From an uncultured Nitrososphaeraceae archaeon (lineage in GTDB: Archaea; Thermoproteota; Nitrososphaeria; Nitrososphaerales; Nitrososphaeraceae), in assembly GCA_963779615.1 (NCBI GenBank), contig CAVZZA010000001.1:64001-128000 (forward strand): a stretch of DNA of 64,000 nucleotides, read 5' to 3'. Below, piece after piece: positions 8,506 to 19,760 of the stretch. Every line of letters starts with the position of its first letter. Positions within the stretch are counted from its first letter, which is position 1. A model generated the notes under the pieces. That model did no database searches and was not told where the DNA came from. It saw only the letters and a list, made by a program, of their open reading frames with translations. The position numbers and the translations under genes were made by a program.

Positions 8506-9903
8506 TTACACCCCTTCTCCGTCTTGAGATTTAACATTTCTATATTTTGCAATAAACTCTGGTTTAATACGTTTTAGCTCAGATTCTGGAATTTCGCTTA
8601 ATAGGTCCCATCCAATGTTAAGAGTTTCTTCAATTGACCTATTTTCATCTATGCCTTGATTAACAAACTTTCGTTCAAAATTATTAGCAATTTTTAGGTA
8701 TTTTCTGTCTATATCGCTTAATGCCTCTTCGCCAACTATTGCCGACAATGACCTTGCGTCTTTACCTTGTGCATAAGTAGCGTATAGCTGATCAGCAAGG
8801 CTTCTGTGATCCTCCCTTGTTTGATTTTTTCCTATGCCTTGATTCATAAGACGAGACAGGCTGGTTAAAACGTCAACAGGGGGATGGATATTTAGTCTAT
8901 GTAAATCCCTGCTCATAACTATTTGGCCTTCTGTGATGTATCCTGTAAGATCTGGAATAGGGTGGGTGATATCATCTGCGGGCATTGCAAGAATAGGAAT
9001 TTGCGTCACAGAGCCTTTTCTTCCTTTTATTTTTCCAGCCCTTTCATAAATGGATGCCAAATCGGTATACATATAGCCAGGGTATCCCCGCCTTCCGGGA
9101 ACTTCTTCTCTGGCGGCTGCAATCTCTCTCAACGCTTCACAATAATTTGTCATATCAGTCATTATAACCAGAACATGCATCTCACGTTCATAAGCAAGGA
9201 ATTCTGCGGTGGTTAAAGCAAGTCTTGGGGTAAGTATACGCTCCATAGATGGATCGGATGACAGATTTAGAAAAAGAACACTTCTATCTAATGCCCCACT
9301 TTCCTCAAATTGTTTTACAAAGAAATTTGCTTCTTCGCTTGTAATGCCAATTGCAGCAAACACAACTGAAAAACTTTCAGACGTTCCAAGAACCCGGGCT
9401 TGCCTGGCAATTTGAGATGCAAGCAAATTGTGTGGTAAACCAGAGCCTGAAAATATCGGAAGCTTCTGGCCTCGCACTAGTGTATTCATTCCATCGATAT
9501 TAGACATTCCAGTCTGGATAAATTCAGATGGCTCTTCTCGAGAGTATGGATTGATTCCCGACCCTACCAAATCAAACTTTTGTTTTGATACAATTGTTGG
9601 TCCTTGATCTCTAGGCTTCCCTAATCCATCAAAAGTCCTACCAAGCATTTCATCAGATACTGACAATGTAGCAGTTTCTCCCATGAATTTTGTTAAAGTT
9701 CCAGTCGTGCCAAGTCCAATTGTTGATCCAAATACTTGCACTATTGCTAAACCCTCTCGGGAGTCAAGTACCTGTCCCTGACGTATTTCGTCATTAGCAA
9801 GTTTTATTTCAACCATCTCCCCATAGGCAGCATTCTTTATACCTTCAACAAATATCAACGGGCCTGCTATCTTTGAAAGTGTTTTAAATGATACTTTAGA
9901 CAT
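8506..9903 (-). CDS. atpB: A/V-type ATP synthase subunit B
   Basis: [44 protein letters not shown]. Confidence 0.99.
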   Translation of the reverse strand: MSKVSFKTLSKIAGPLIFVEGIKNAAYGEMVEIKLANDEIRQGQVLDSREGLAIVQVFGSTIGLGTTGTLTKFMGETATLSVSDEMLGRTFDGLGKPRDQGPTIVSKQKFDLVGSGINPYSREEPSEFIQTGMSNIDGMNTLVRGQKLPIFSGSGLPHNLLASQIARQARVLGTSESFSVVFAAIGITSEEANFFVKQFEESGALDRSVLFLNLSSDPSMERILTPRLALTTAEFLAYEREMHVLVIMTDMTNYCEALREIAAAREEVPGRRGYPGYMYTDLASIYERAGKIKGRKGSVTQIPILAMPADDITHPIPDLTGYITEGQIVMSRDLHRLNIHPPVDVLTSLSRLMNQGIGKNQTREDHRSLADQLYATYAQGKDARSLSAIVGEEALSDIDRKYLKIANNFERKFVNQGIDENRSIEETLNIGWDLLSEIPESELKRIKPEFIAKYRNVKSQDGEGV

Positions 9904-9905
9904 TG

Positions 9906-11696
9906 TTAACCACTTGCCTCCACTACCAACTTATCAAACTGTTTAGCCATATTTACCTTGATTTCTTTAACCAACTGTTCAACCTGTTCTTCCTTTGTCC
10001 ATTTTATCTTGGATATAAGTTTCCTTGCTTCCAAATCTCCTATCTTGGAAGACATAACTCCTTGTTTTATTGCGTCAGATTCCTTTTTACCAAATTCTAA
10101 AATGGTTGCCAGCATCATATACTGTTTTTTTATGGAAGAGTACGTATCAACTTCATCATATGCACTCTGCTGCAAATAGTCCTCTCTAATTGAGCGAGCA
10201 GTGTCCAGAACACCCTTTTCCGGTTCGGGCAATGCATCGTAACCTATCAATTGGACGATCTCTTGTAATTCAGACTCCCTCTGCAATATCTCTAGGGCTT
10301 CCTGCCTGAGAGAAGTCCAATCAGAGGACACGTTATCCCTGTACCAGTCAGACATGTCGTCTGCATATAGCGAATAACTTGTTAACCAGTTAATAGATGG
10401 AAAATGCCTCCTTGACGCCAAATTGGCGTCAAGTGCCCAGAAAACTCTTGTCACCCTTAACGTATTCTGTGAGACAGGTTCTGAAAAATCCCCTCCCGGT
10501 GGTGAGACCGCACCAACCAAAGTTAGCGATCCTATTCGCTCTTGAGGGGACATCACAACTGCCTTGCCACCCCTTTCATAAAATTCTGCCAGTCGCCTAC
10601 CAAGGTATGCAGGATATCCTTCCTCTCCAGGCATTTCTTCCAATCTACCAGAAATTTCTCTCAGAGCCTCGGCCCATCGAGAAGTGCTGTCAGCCATTAG
10701 AGCCACATCGTATCCCATGTCTCTATAATATTCACCCATAGTAATGCCAGTATAGATACTTGCCTCACGTGCAGCTACTGGCATATTAGAAGTATTGGCA
10801 ACAAGTATTGTGCGTTCCATCAAAGGTCGTTTTGATTTAGGATCTTCTAATTCAGGAAAAGTTGTGAGGATTTCTGTCATTTCATTTCCTCTTTCGCCAC
10901 ATCCAATGTAAACTATGACATTACTGTCTGCCCATTTTGCGAGTTGTTGCTGAGTTACTGTTTTTCCACTTCCAAAAGGACCAGGTATGGCAGCAGTACC
11001 GCCTTTTGCAACAGGGAAGAATGTATCAAGAACACGTTGTCCGGTAAGCAAAGGAGACTCAGGAGGAAGTTTACGGAGAACCGGTCGAGGAACTCTCACA
11101 CTCCACCAGGTTGATAAACCAATATCCACCACAGTGTTATTTGTTTTCACTTTGGCAACATTTTCATTTACCGTGTACTTTCCTTCTTTTATTTCGGAAA
11201 GTTGACCGTTAACCCCATATGGAATCATTATTTTGTGACTTATTAACGGAGTTTCTTGAACCTCACCAATAATTTCACCCTGAGAAACACTATCCCCATT
11301 TTTCTTTGTAGGAATGAACTCCCATTTCTTCTCCTGATCCAATGCAGGAATAAAAATGCCCCTACTAATAAAATCACCACTCTTATCCCTCAATATGGGA
11401 AGTGGACGCTGTATTCCATCATAAATAGACGTAAGTAATCCAGGTCCAAGTTGTATTGAGAGGGGTTTCTTTGTGTTGACAACTTTCTCACCAGGTCGTA
11501 GGCCTGTCGTATCTTCATATACCTGTATAGTAGCTTTATCCCCCTCAAGACGAATAATCTCTCCAAGTAAACCTAATTCCCCAATACGGACTACATCAAA
11601 CATCTGTGCATCTTCAATACCTGTTGCTACAACAACCGACCCCGAAATTCGTGAAATAATTGCGCTTGACATGCTACTTTTCATCCCATTCATCAA
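9906..11696 (-). CDS. atpA: A/V-type ATP synthase subunit A (catalytic), no intein
   Basis: [38 protein letters not shown]. Confidence 0.99.
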   Translation of the reverse strand: MMNGMKSSMSSAIISRISGSVVVATGIEDAQMFDVVRIGELGLLGEIIRLEGDKATIQVYEDTTGLRPGEKVVNTKKPLSIQLGPGLLTSIYDGIQRPLPILRDKSGDFISRGIFIPALDQEKKWEFIPTKKNGDSVSQGEIIGEVQETPLISHKIMIPYGVNGQLSEIKEGKYTVNENVAKVKTNNTVVDIGLSTWWSVRVPRPVLRKLPPESPLLTGQRVLDTFFPVAKGGTAAIPGPFGSGKTVTQQQLAKWADSNVIVYIGCGERGNEMTEILTTFPELEDPKSKRPLMERTILVANTSNMPVAAREASIYTGITMGEYYRDMGYDVALMADSTSRWAEALREISGRLEEMPGEEGYPAYLGRRLAEFYERGGKAVVMSPQERIGSLTLVGAVSPPGGDFSEPVSQNTLRVTRVFWALDANLASRRHFPSINWLTSYSLYADDMSDWYRDNVSSDWTSLRQEALEILQRESELQEIVQLIGYDALPEPEKGVLDTARSIREDYLQQSAYDEVDTYSSIKKQYMMLATILEFGKKESDAIKQGVMSSKIGDLEARKLISKIKWTKEEQVEQLVKEIKVNMAKQFDKLVVEASG

Positions 11697-11699
11697 TCC

Positions 11700-12041
11700 T
11701 TATTTAATACTTATCCCAAGTACTCGTCTTGCTAATGAAGATATTGATTCCTCACGTATATCCCCCTTTAATGAAGGCATGAATAAAACCAATGGGTGTA
11801 ATGATGCTTCAACTTTTGACCTAAATAACTTTGGAAGTGAGTCAAGAACAAATTGACTTGCAATAATCATTGCATACTTGTGAGAAGAAAAAACCTTCTC
11901 CATTGTTTTGAATGACTCATCACCCTCTCTATTAATTTGAAAAGTTTCACTGATCCCTAAAAGTCGATAGCCTATAACAAGCTCGCGGTCACCGACTACG
12001 GCGATCAATCCATTTGATTCTGATTTTTGTTTGGTTGACAT
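11700..12041 (-). CDS. atpF: A/V-type ATP synthase subunit F
   Basis: IAVVGDRELVIGYRLLG...RRVLGISI. Confidence 0.95.
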   Translation of the reverse strand: MSTKQKSESNGLIAVVGDRELVIGYRLLGISETFQINREGDESFKTMEKVFSSHKYAMIIASQFVLDSLPKLFRSKVEASLHPLVLFMPSLKGDIREESISSLARRVLGISIK

Positions 12042-12054
12042 TTCTATTCCTCAT

Positions 12055-13122
12055 TCACTCAAAAAGCAGCATTGAATTTATGCGCTCCATTGAAATACCG
12101 TAACGTTTCCCATAGGCAATTCTCTTAATGTTATCCCACTCAAACTCTGCAACAATGATAAAGTGAAATATGTATCCAATCGAAAGTGATACATTTTTTA
12201 ATCTTTGTACATACTTTGTGCTTATGAATTTATCCATAGCGACTTCAAAATCAATAAGACTATTAGTTTTTCTATAGGTTTCTAACAAATCACCTAAAAT
12301 AAGGTGTTCTTCTATTCTGTTTACAAATTCTTCAATATTCTTTGATCCAAACATTTCAAGCAATTCATTTAAAGCAATATGACCTCCTTCTATTAGGTGT
12401 CTACCAACCAATTCCCTATCCAAGTTAGAATCCTTGCCTTTCAATAGGCTTAAAATATTCTTTTTATCTATCTGCATTCTAATTAAATCTCGAATAACTC
12501 CTTCATCACCTTGAAAAAACTTTAGTGATTCAATCAAATTGGTGTAATAATATGCCATGAGGTCCATCATCATAGGACTAAGGTCTCCTGTTTTTTGAAA
12601 AGCATCAAAGTGTTGCATAATAATCGCTCCATACTTAAATTTTACAAGGTAGTTTACCACACCTTCTAAGCTTGGTTGTGATAAAATAATTTTCATTTCG
12701 TCATGCGAAATATTTCCGGCAGATATTCCCGCGGGGAAATTTCTGCTAGACACCAAAAAAGGCTCTGTTTCGGTAATAGTGCGTCCAATAAACTTTGAAG
12801 ACAATATTAGTTCAATATTATGGATATCCCATTTTAACAGATAGGCTCTGATGGCCTCCTTCCCGCTAAATGGTACAGTCTCCAAAACAATTTTGTTGAT
12901 TTCGACAAGATGCCTGTTCAGAGCAATTTCTAAAAGCTCAGGAAGAGGATAAAGAGCCGAAGCTCTTTCGATCTCAGGACCATACCAAGTGGGTTCCAGT
13001 GTCCTAGTCATTTCAGCAACACTTTCAGATTTAACCAGGTTTTGAATAGTATCTTTGGAAATAAAGTTTGCAGATAGGGATTGTAATCGTCCATATGAAG
13101 ACGCATATGAAGACGTAGGCAT
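12055..13122 (-). CDS. atpC: A/V-type ATP synthase subunit C (d)
   Basis: 355 aa; YGRL, WDIHNI, E.DNIKRIAYGK; operon position. Confidence 0.93.
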   Translation of the reverse strand: MPTSSYASSYGRLQSLSANFISKDTIQNLVKSESVAEMTRTLEPTWYGPEIERASALYPLPELLEIALNRHLVEINKIVLETVPFSGKEAIRAYLLKWDIHNIELILSSKFIGRTITETEPFLVSSRNFPAGISAGNISHDEMKIILSQPSLEGVVNYLVKFKYGAIIMQHFDAFQKTGDLSPMMMDLMAYYYTNLIESLKFFQGDEGVIRDLIRMQIDKKNILSLLKGKDSNLDRELVGRHLIEGGHIALNELLEMFGSKNIEEFVNRIEEHLILGDLLETYRKTNSLIDFEVAMDKFISTKYVQRLKNVSLSIGYIFHFIIVAEFEWDNIKRIAYGKRYGISMERINSMLLFE

Positions 13123-13688
13123 TATTTTCTCGCCATCCTTTCTAGAAGATAACTTTTTACATCCTCTTCTTTTGTTCGCAGTATCTCTTCAAATGTTAGA
13201 TCGAGTTCCCTCTTACCGTCCTTATCTTCAGCTATAATTCCTCCTAATGCACCAATTGAAGAGCCAATTGGGATGTTCATGTCCTTGAAAATAGGTTTGT
13301 CATCATCACGGCAGTGTATTATAATTTGAGGCCCTAAATTATTTTTTGCAAAACTAATCATCTTTTCTGTTAACTTTTTATATTCAGGCTTTTGTACATA
13401 ATTTTTCATTTCATTTTTTATCACACCAAAGGTAGAATCCATGTTTGCATTAATCGCTTCAAAGAGAATCTTTTTTGCCTTTAATTTAGCTGCTTCAACT
13501 ATCTTTGCGGCTTCTTTGCTAGATTTTACTTTTGATTCCTCAAGATATTGCTCTTGCAACCGTTTCACAGTAGTTTCCTTAGTTCTTTTAATTTCTGCTT
13601 TTTTTTCAGCCAATGTCCTTTCTAAAAGGTTTATTTCGTCTTCCTTTCTTTTTTCAATCTCTTGAATAAAGGTATCTAGGCTTGCCAT
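13122..13688 (-). CDS. atpE: A/V-type ATP synthase subunit E
   Basis: N-terminal coiled coil; GGII..D.TFE C-terminal motif. Confidence 0.92.
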   Translation of the reverse strand: MASLDTFIQEIEKRKEDEINLLERTLAEKKAEIKRTKETTVKRLQEQYLEESKVKSSKEAAKIVEAAKLKAKKILFEAINANMDSTFGVIKNEMKNYVQKPEYKKLTEKMISFAKNNLGPQIIIHCRDDDKPIFKDMNIPIGSSIGALGGIIAEDKDGKRELDLTFEEILRTKEEDVKSYLLERMARK

Positions 13689-13703
13689 ATTTCCAGTCGC
13701 CGA

Positions 13704-14048
13704 TTACAATATACCTAACAATAGTATTATTCCCAGTACAAAGCCAATAATCCAAAGAGTTTCAGGGATGACAAAGAAAAACAAAACTTGGCCAAACTTT
13801 TCAGGTTTCTCTGCAATTATTCCCATACCAGCAGCACCAATTCCCTGCTGTGCATTTCCTGTACCAATTAGACCCCCTGCAATTGCAATTGCGGCAGCTA
13901 TTGCCAACAAGGGCTTTGTGAGTCCACTGTCAGATGTAGCAGCGGATTCTTGTGCGAACGCCTCTGTAAAGAACAATGCAAAAACAGCCAACGCCATTCC
14001 AGCACCCATTGTGATAACAAACAATTTTGAACGATTATAGTATATCAT
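13704..14048 (-). CDS. atpK: A/V-type ATP synthase proteolipid subunit K (c) with an N-terminal signal-like presequence
   Basis: Hairpin GNAQQGIGAAG...EKPE...IPETL carries the ion-binding Glu. Hydrophobic leader ends AFA|QE. Confidence 0.96.
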   Translation of the reverse strand: MIYYNRSKLFVITMGAGMALAVFALFFTEAFAQESAATSDSGLTKPLLAIAAAIAIAGGLIGTGNAQQGIGAAGMGIIAEKPEKFGQVLFFFVIPETLWIIGFVLGIILLLGIL

Positions 14049-14815
14049 TTAGATAAAAAGTATAATTATGGCATATAATAAGAGTTTTTCCTCATATTAA
14101 TTATTATAATGAAATTTATTCAAATTCTACGGATGGTCAACAGTTTTGAAGATATATATTTTTAACGATAAAAGGAAACAAAAATGATAAAAAAACACTA
14201 TAATATTTTTTATCATTCTGACACATCATAGGAACGCTAATATTATTTCAGAGTAGAGAAAGGAAAAACTATCTTACATGATAGGTTAATGCGTTGAAAT
14301 ATTATTGGAAAATTCTGAAATAAATTCCGTATGTTTTATTTTTTGGCAACAGAAATTTGTTGAAATAAATAATCTTCAAACAATAAAGGTGAAACATAAA
14401 AACTCACCCCATAACAAATGGCATTATTTCCTATAAACAATCATAGGAACAGATATTTCAATTTAAAATTAAGAGGTTCGAAAAAAATTGAAATATGATT
14501 ACGATAGCATAATCCTGAACGGAAAAATAAATCTATCACTTGTCTTGATGTAACTTTGAGCTAACCATAATGTAAAACAAAAATAAAGTCCAATACTAAC
14601 CATTTATAAATCAAAACAGAACTGCTTTGTTATACAACATATTTTTGTTTTTAAACCTCATTGTTTTGCGTCCTATTTGAATCCAAATTTCGGATTTTAA
14701 TGACACTTTTATTTTGTTTTTCCTAAATATAGAACTTTTACCTTTTCATTTTTAATATTATCACAATAAAAAATACAGCAAATAGCGGAATTAAGAAAGG
14801 TAAGAATTATAAAAA

Positions 14816-15226
14816 TCACAAAAGAGAATTTGTAGAAATTCCAATTGAAAATCCGTCTACAGAGGACAGTTTTCCTCTCCAAACTATTGCTTGAGTTAAA
14901 ATATTTGAATTAACATTTCTAAAGGTTACATGTTCTAAATGTATGTATTTTAAGTTTTGTGGATCTGCCTGTTTTTTTAACTCGTTTATGAAAATAACAT
15001 ATTCAGAATAATATCCGTTCCATTTGTCTAATTCGTCCTGATTTTTTGCAGTTAATTGGCCACTATCAAAATCATACATCTCTATCATTTTGTCATAATA
15101 TATTTTTGATTTAACCAAATTTCCAGTAATAATCGAACCATTAAAACACAATGTAATTCCAGCACCTATTCCTGTTTCTTCAACTTTCCTTAATAAAAAT
15201 TCAAGAAGCTCATCGCTATCGTTCAT
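14816..15226 (-). CDS. GvpU-like protein (gas vesicle accessory family homologue)
   Basis: GITL..NG.IITG.L, YIHL and WRGKLSSVDGFSIG match the GvpU family pattern. Confidence 0.7.
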   Translation of the reverse strand: MNDSDELLEFLLRKVEETGIGAGITLCFNGSIITGNLVKSKIYYDKMIEMYDFDSGQLTAKNQDELDKWNGYYSEYVIFINELKKQADPQNLKYIHLEHVTFRNVNSNILTQAIVWRGKLSSVDGFSIGISTNSLL

Positions 15227-15407
15227 AATTTCTTATAATTTTGTAGAATATTTAAATGGGAATCTACACCATCTTCCTTGTTACGCTCCATTTTTTTATT
15301 TGATCCCAATTCAATGCACAAAAAACAAAATAGATTGTTTTATAATCAACGTTCGAAAAAGGAAAAATAAAATAACATCTACAACCTACCATAAAGTGAC
15401 AAATAAA

Positions 15408-15512
15408 ATGAGTGATCCGAATCCGCCACCTCAACCAAACCCAGGAGACCCTGTACCTCAACCAGATCCAAATAATCCCGAGCCTATGCCAGTGGAAAGT
15501 CGAAAAACATAA
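15408..15512 (+). CDS. Putative 34-aa proline-rich peptide
   Basis: MSDPNPPPQPNPGDPVPQPDPNNPEPMPVESRKT*. GC-rich island in AT-rich DNA, followed by T-tracts. Confidence 0.55.
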   Translation: MSDPNPPPQPNPGDPVPQPDPNNPEPMPVESRKT

Positions 15513-15912
15513 AAAAACTTTCACATTATAAAATTACATTTTTTTTGTTAAAAATTGCTAAAACTACTTTTTATCACAGATAATAGAGATTGGTGCAAGG
15601 AGTGGTTTTAATGTGTTTTATTGTGTTATGCTTTATCACAGAATTAGCATTTCAAGAAGAGCGCCATCATAACAATTATTACCATAGTTCAAACTAAAGA
15701 TTCAAATCCGCTTACAATTACCAAAAATTTTATTTATCAGATAACTAAAAACATACAGATACACTTTCAAGCATTGTTTTTAAAACATTAACTTAAACTC
15801 CTAGCCAATCAAAGTTTTAAGTTGTTATTGATAGAATCACATAGTTTATCATTATCATATTTTTTTAGTCACATGCTGAGAGTAGTTATCTAAATCCCTT
15901 TATTTTTGTAAA

Positions 15913-16224
15913 TTAACTGATTCTATTTCGTTGATATTTTTTTAGATAATCGATTTTGCTTTCCAAATGTTCTATTATATGCGCCCGTGATTGGCAACAT
16001 TCAATAATTTTTATCCATTGATCATGTCTAAGTTTTATTTTGATTGATTTTTTATTAAGTAACGACGAAGATAAACATATTGCATCTTTGGAATTTTCCA
16101 AATTTTTATATATATTTTTTATTTTATTGTTATTTGTTTTTTCTATAGCATCATACAAATTCTCCATTATTTGATTTATATCTATATTTGTTAATTCGAT
16201 TTCAAAAAATGCTATTTGTCCCAT
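15913..16224 (-). CDS. Hypothetical protein
   Basis: 103-aa ORF with ATG, preceded by a GGTGA Shine-Dalgarno-like element. Confidence 0.6.
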   Translation of the reverse strand: MGQIAFFEIELTNIDINQIMENLYDAIEKTNNNKIKNIYKNLENSKDAICLSSSLLNKKSIKIKLRHDQWIKIIECCQSRAHIIEHLESKIDYLKKYQRNRIS

Positions 16225-16377
16225 TAAAAGTCACCCAACCCAATATTTTTTTACGGTAATAATGAATTTTTTTTCCAATGCAAATATTTTTCTTTGGTGC
16301 CTTTTTATTATTGCCACACCATGTATTACAGATCTTAATTATATGAGATAGTAAAAAGTTGAAGTGTATTTTATAAC

Positions 16378-16400
16378 ACATTATTGTTATACAATAATGT
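16378..16400. promoter_or_regulatory. Perfect inverted repeat, candidate operator
   Basis: ACATTATTGT-TAT-ACAATAATGT (10-bp arms, 3-bp spacer) in a divergent intergenic region. Confidence 0.45.
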
Positions 16401-16939
16401 CATAATATTTTCATTCTAATTCCTTTGAATATCTCCTTTCCATATAACAATGCAAACATAAATAAATAAATCAAAAGGTTTTTTGTCCATATTTGTTTTA
16501 CTCCTATTTAAAAGTAAATAAATTCTATTTATTCCTCTTTTTATTACAATGTACATTTATCCTGCAGTCGGTTATACAATCATGCACACCAAATACATTT
16601 AGAATTCCCACTATCTTTTGATATATCCAACTTTACCCGCATCGAAAACCATGATATACACCATCAACACAACCACGCATTTCTTTAGGGTTAGTGGTCC
16701 ATCCTCATCCACACAAATCAATATAGAAAGAGGAAGAGGAAGAGTCAGACTAGCAAGCAAAGGTTTGTTCTCCTAACCACAGTAAAAAAATAAGCTAAAG
16801 GTATTGTGATAACAAGATATACACAATTGACTTTCAGGAAAATGCAACACAACAATCAGAGAACGGTTAACCAAAACAACAATAACGAATTATAAAAAAA
16901 TACAAATTCTATTAAGGTTGATATTTTATTAACAACTCA

Positions 16940-17548
16940 ATGTCTGACGAAAAGGTAATTACTAATCCAGCAAATACGGTTTTTCCGATAAATGAATTAA
17001 TTAAAAAGAGATGGAGTGCCAGAGCATTCTCCACAAAATCCGTTGAAAAAGTAAAATTACTTTCTGTACTGGAGGCAGCAAGGTGGGCACCCTCATCAAA
17101 TAATGAACAACCATGGCGATACATTGTGTTTACAAATGAATATCCGGAGAAATTAGAGAAAGCTCAAGAGGTTTTGCTCGAGTTTAACTCTTATGCAAAA
17201 AGAGCACCAATATTAATATGCGCCATAACAAAAAAAACCTATTCGGACAAAAGAACACATAACAGGCTGTATTTTCATGATTTAGGAGCTGCGAATGAAA
17301 ACATGTTTTTAGAAGCCTTTAATCAGGGGTTAATTATGCATGAAATGGGGGGTTTTGATGTTAGTAAAGCCAGACATATATTTAATATTCCAGAGGATTA
17401 CGAGGTCGGAATAATGATAGCAATCGGGTATCAAGATAATCATAAAGTACTTCCAGAAAAATTAAAAGAAAAAGCATCTTTGCCAAGACAACGAAAGCCC
17501 TTATCAGAAATTGCATTCCTTGAAGAACTCGATAATCCTATAAAATAG
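16940..17548 (+). CDS. Nitroreductase family protein
   Basis: RWSARAF, AARWAPSSNNEQPWRY, HEMGGFD, IAIGY, R.RKPL. Confidence 0.95.
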   Translation: MSDEKVITNPANTVFPINELIKKRWSARAFSTKSVEKVKLLSVLEAARWAPSSNNEQPWRYIVFTNEYPEKLEKAQEVLLEFNSYAKRAPILICAITKKTYSDKRTHNRLYFHDLGAANENMFLEAFNQGLIMHEMGGFDVSKARHIFNIPEDYEVGIMIAIGYQDNHKVLPEKLKEKASLPRQRKPLSEIAFLEELDNPIK

Positions 17549-18349
17549 CCTATACCTTAAATGATCATTCAAAAGCATTGTCATTTTTATCCAATACAAA
17601 TTCATTAAAAATAATAGCGTTTACCAATAGTCAAATCTTATAATAACAATGTTCCTCGTGTTTTTTGAATTTTTTCCCCTTTTTTTGTCTACTCCTAGGT
17701 GCGATAATATTAAAAAATAACAGATGCACTAATCAAATGTAAAGATAAGTTACGAATTTATGCAATTAATCATTTCGAATTCCTGAAAAGGAAGTATGAA
17801 GATGATTTAGATGTATATATACTCGTGTCATCTCGATAAAATATTTTATAAGAGTATCCATCGGGTTTAGAATAGTATTATGATCAATACATTTAATTAT
17901 AAATTTTTATCTCAAAAATCCTAATTCTTTTCAACTTTTGTATTCTATCCCATATCATATCTACATATCGCACAAACTAATACCGGAGAATTTTTGCAGT
18001 AATTGATTTTGCTATCAAACTAGAAACTAACAATTTGTATCAAGGATTCATTAGATTGACCACTCAACACAAAAAAGGTGAAGGGACTTGATTAACTATG
18101 CAAGTAGATGCCATAAATAACCACAATCCGTTAAAACCATACTCATAAAGTTGGAGTATAAGGATTATCAAGAGGTCGCAGCAGTTATCTAATTCAGAAC
18201 AAGTACACCAAAAATAAAAGAACAATGAAACCCATTCTTATAATATACTCTTCTTATTGTATATCACCATAAATAATTTTTGTGTTTTTTTTGTATTAAC
18301 CATTAAATTCTTAATCGAAAGTAAACACATAAAATAAATAAATATTCTC

Positions 18350-18625
18350 TTAATAATTTATTTTAGTTTTCTTTTCAAAATCTTTTGTTAAATCCGATAC
18401 ATCAGATATATCTCGACCATGCATTCGATGAACCATTTTTTCAAATGATCCTTGATTGTTTTGGCCATCCATTATATTTTCAGTTCGTTTTTTAATCGAT
18501 TGAAATATGTCATTATTCAATTGCTCCATTTCAGTCGGAGTGACACTTGGAACCTGATTAATGAATCCAAACTTTTCATGTGGAAGCAAATTTAACCTTT
18601 TGACATTGTGATTAATAAAATCCAT
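18350..18625 (-). CDS. Hypothetical protein
   Basis: 91-aa ORF with ATG, a protein-like composition and a plausible upstream TATA element. Confidence 0.6.
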   Translation of the reverse strand: MDFINHNVKRLNLLPHEKFGFINQVPSVTPTEMEQLNNDIFQSIKKRTENIMDGQNNQGSFEKMVHRMHGRDISDVSDLTKDFEKKTKINY

Positions 18626-18806
18626 TACAATTGTTTTGTCGTCAGGTAATAAAAATTTTCTTTTTAAATTGGTTAATTAAAAATGTTAAAAGAATTTGAA
18701 TTAAATGACACATAAAATGAGGTAATTAAAGTAATAATAATGATCAAAAAAACATACAATAGATAAAAGAATCAAAGGATAAATTGTTTTGAGTTCTAAT
18801 TAGCTT

Positions 18807-19760
18807 GTGGATCCAAAGGGCTACTATTCTATCCTCAGAGTTACTGAAAATGCTACAGACGATCAAATAAAATCAGCCTATAGAGCTACGGCCATGAAAT
18901 ACCATCCTGATAAAAATAAATCCCCTCTAGCGGATGATACGATGAAAAAAATCAATGAGGCCTATGGAATTCTTTCCGATAAACAAAAGAGACAAGAGTA
19001 TGATAAGGGTAAAAATATAGGCAATAATTTTAGATCCACACCTTATAATGCACATAATAAACGATCATCAAATAATACCAACAGATCAACAAAAAAAACA
19101 TACGATCATAATTACGAGTATAATTCTGACAATGCGTACAATAGAAACAGATATGATTATTCTAAGAACAAGGTAAGTGTATGGTGGCAAATGTTTTATG
19201 CCATCATACCATTTGTAAATTTACTGGCTTTTTATAGAATACAGCGACTAGCAATGGCCATAACATCAACTTTTCCTTTATTTATTGGAATAATAGTACT
19301 ATTAACATTATCACCAAGTTTTTCATACTTTCCTTTTAGGTTAGAGGATAGGTTTAATCTGTTTCTAATATTGTTTGATAGTGTACTTGTATTTTTCATA
19401 AGAAGGTGGAGCAAACAATGGAATGACCAAATCAATAGAGACGAATCTCCCGAAGGAGACAAAATAGATAAAAAAGTTAATGTAATCTGGCAATTAGTTT
19501 TCTCAACAATACCATTCATTAATTTTACTGCATTCGCAAGAATTCATCATTTTGGGAAATCGGTGGTTATAGGCATCATCACTTACATTGGAATGGCGGT
19601 TATTTCATCCCTCATAATGAATAATAATTCTACTTTATCTTTTTATTCAGTGTATTTTGGACTAACATCTACTGTTTTTATATTTTTCATGTTCCGCTGG
19701 ACAAATAGATACAATTCAGGTAAATGGAACAGGGGTAACGATAACTGGATGAATTTATAA
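18807..19760 (+). CDS. J-domain (DnaJ type III) membrane protein with a duplicated TM module
   Basis: YY.IL...HPDKN...INEAY.ILSD..KR..YD J-domain; two homologous hydrophobic modules starting VSVWWQ / VNVIWQ. Confidence 0.88.
   Translation: MDPKGYYSILRVTENATDDQIKSAYRATAMKYHPDKNKSPLADDTMKKINEAYGILSDKQKRQEYDKGKNIGNNFRSTPYNAHNKRSSNNTNRSTKKTYDHNYEYNSDNAYNRNRYDYSKNKVSVWWQMFYAIIPFVNLLAFYRIQRLAMAITSTFPLFIGIIVLLTLSPSFSYFPFRLEDRFNLFLILFDSVLVFFIRRWSKQWNDQINRDESPEGDKIDKKVNVIWQLVFSTIPFINFTAFARIHHFGKSVVIGIITYIGMAVISSLIMNNNSTLSFYSVYFGLTSTVFIFFMFRWTNRYNSGKWNRGNDNWMNL

Noticed and set aside
9906-11696. Inteins in AtpA (also checked in RadA and SufB)
   Set aside because: Lengths are normal and the motifs at the usual insertion sites are uninterrupted.
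14049-14815. tRNA or ncRNA in long intergenic regions (also 35672-36202 and 17549-18349)
   Set aside because: GTTCRA-like words are present, but I could not build a cloverleaf or a convincing conserved structure by eye.
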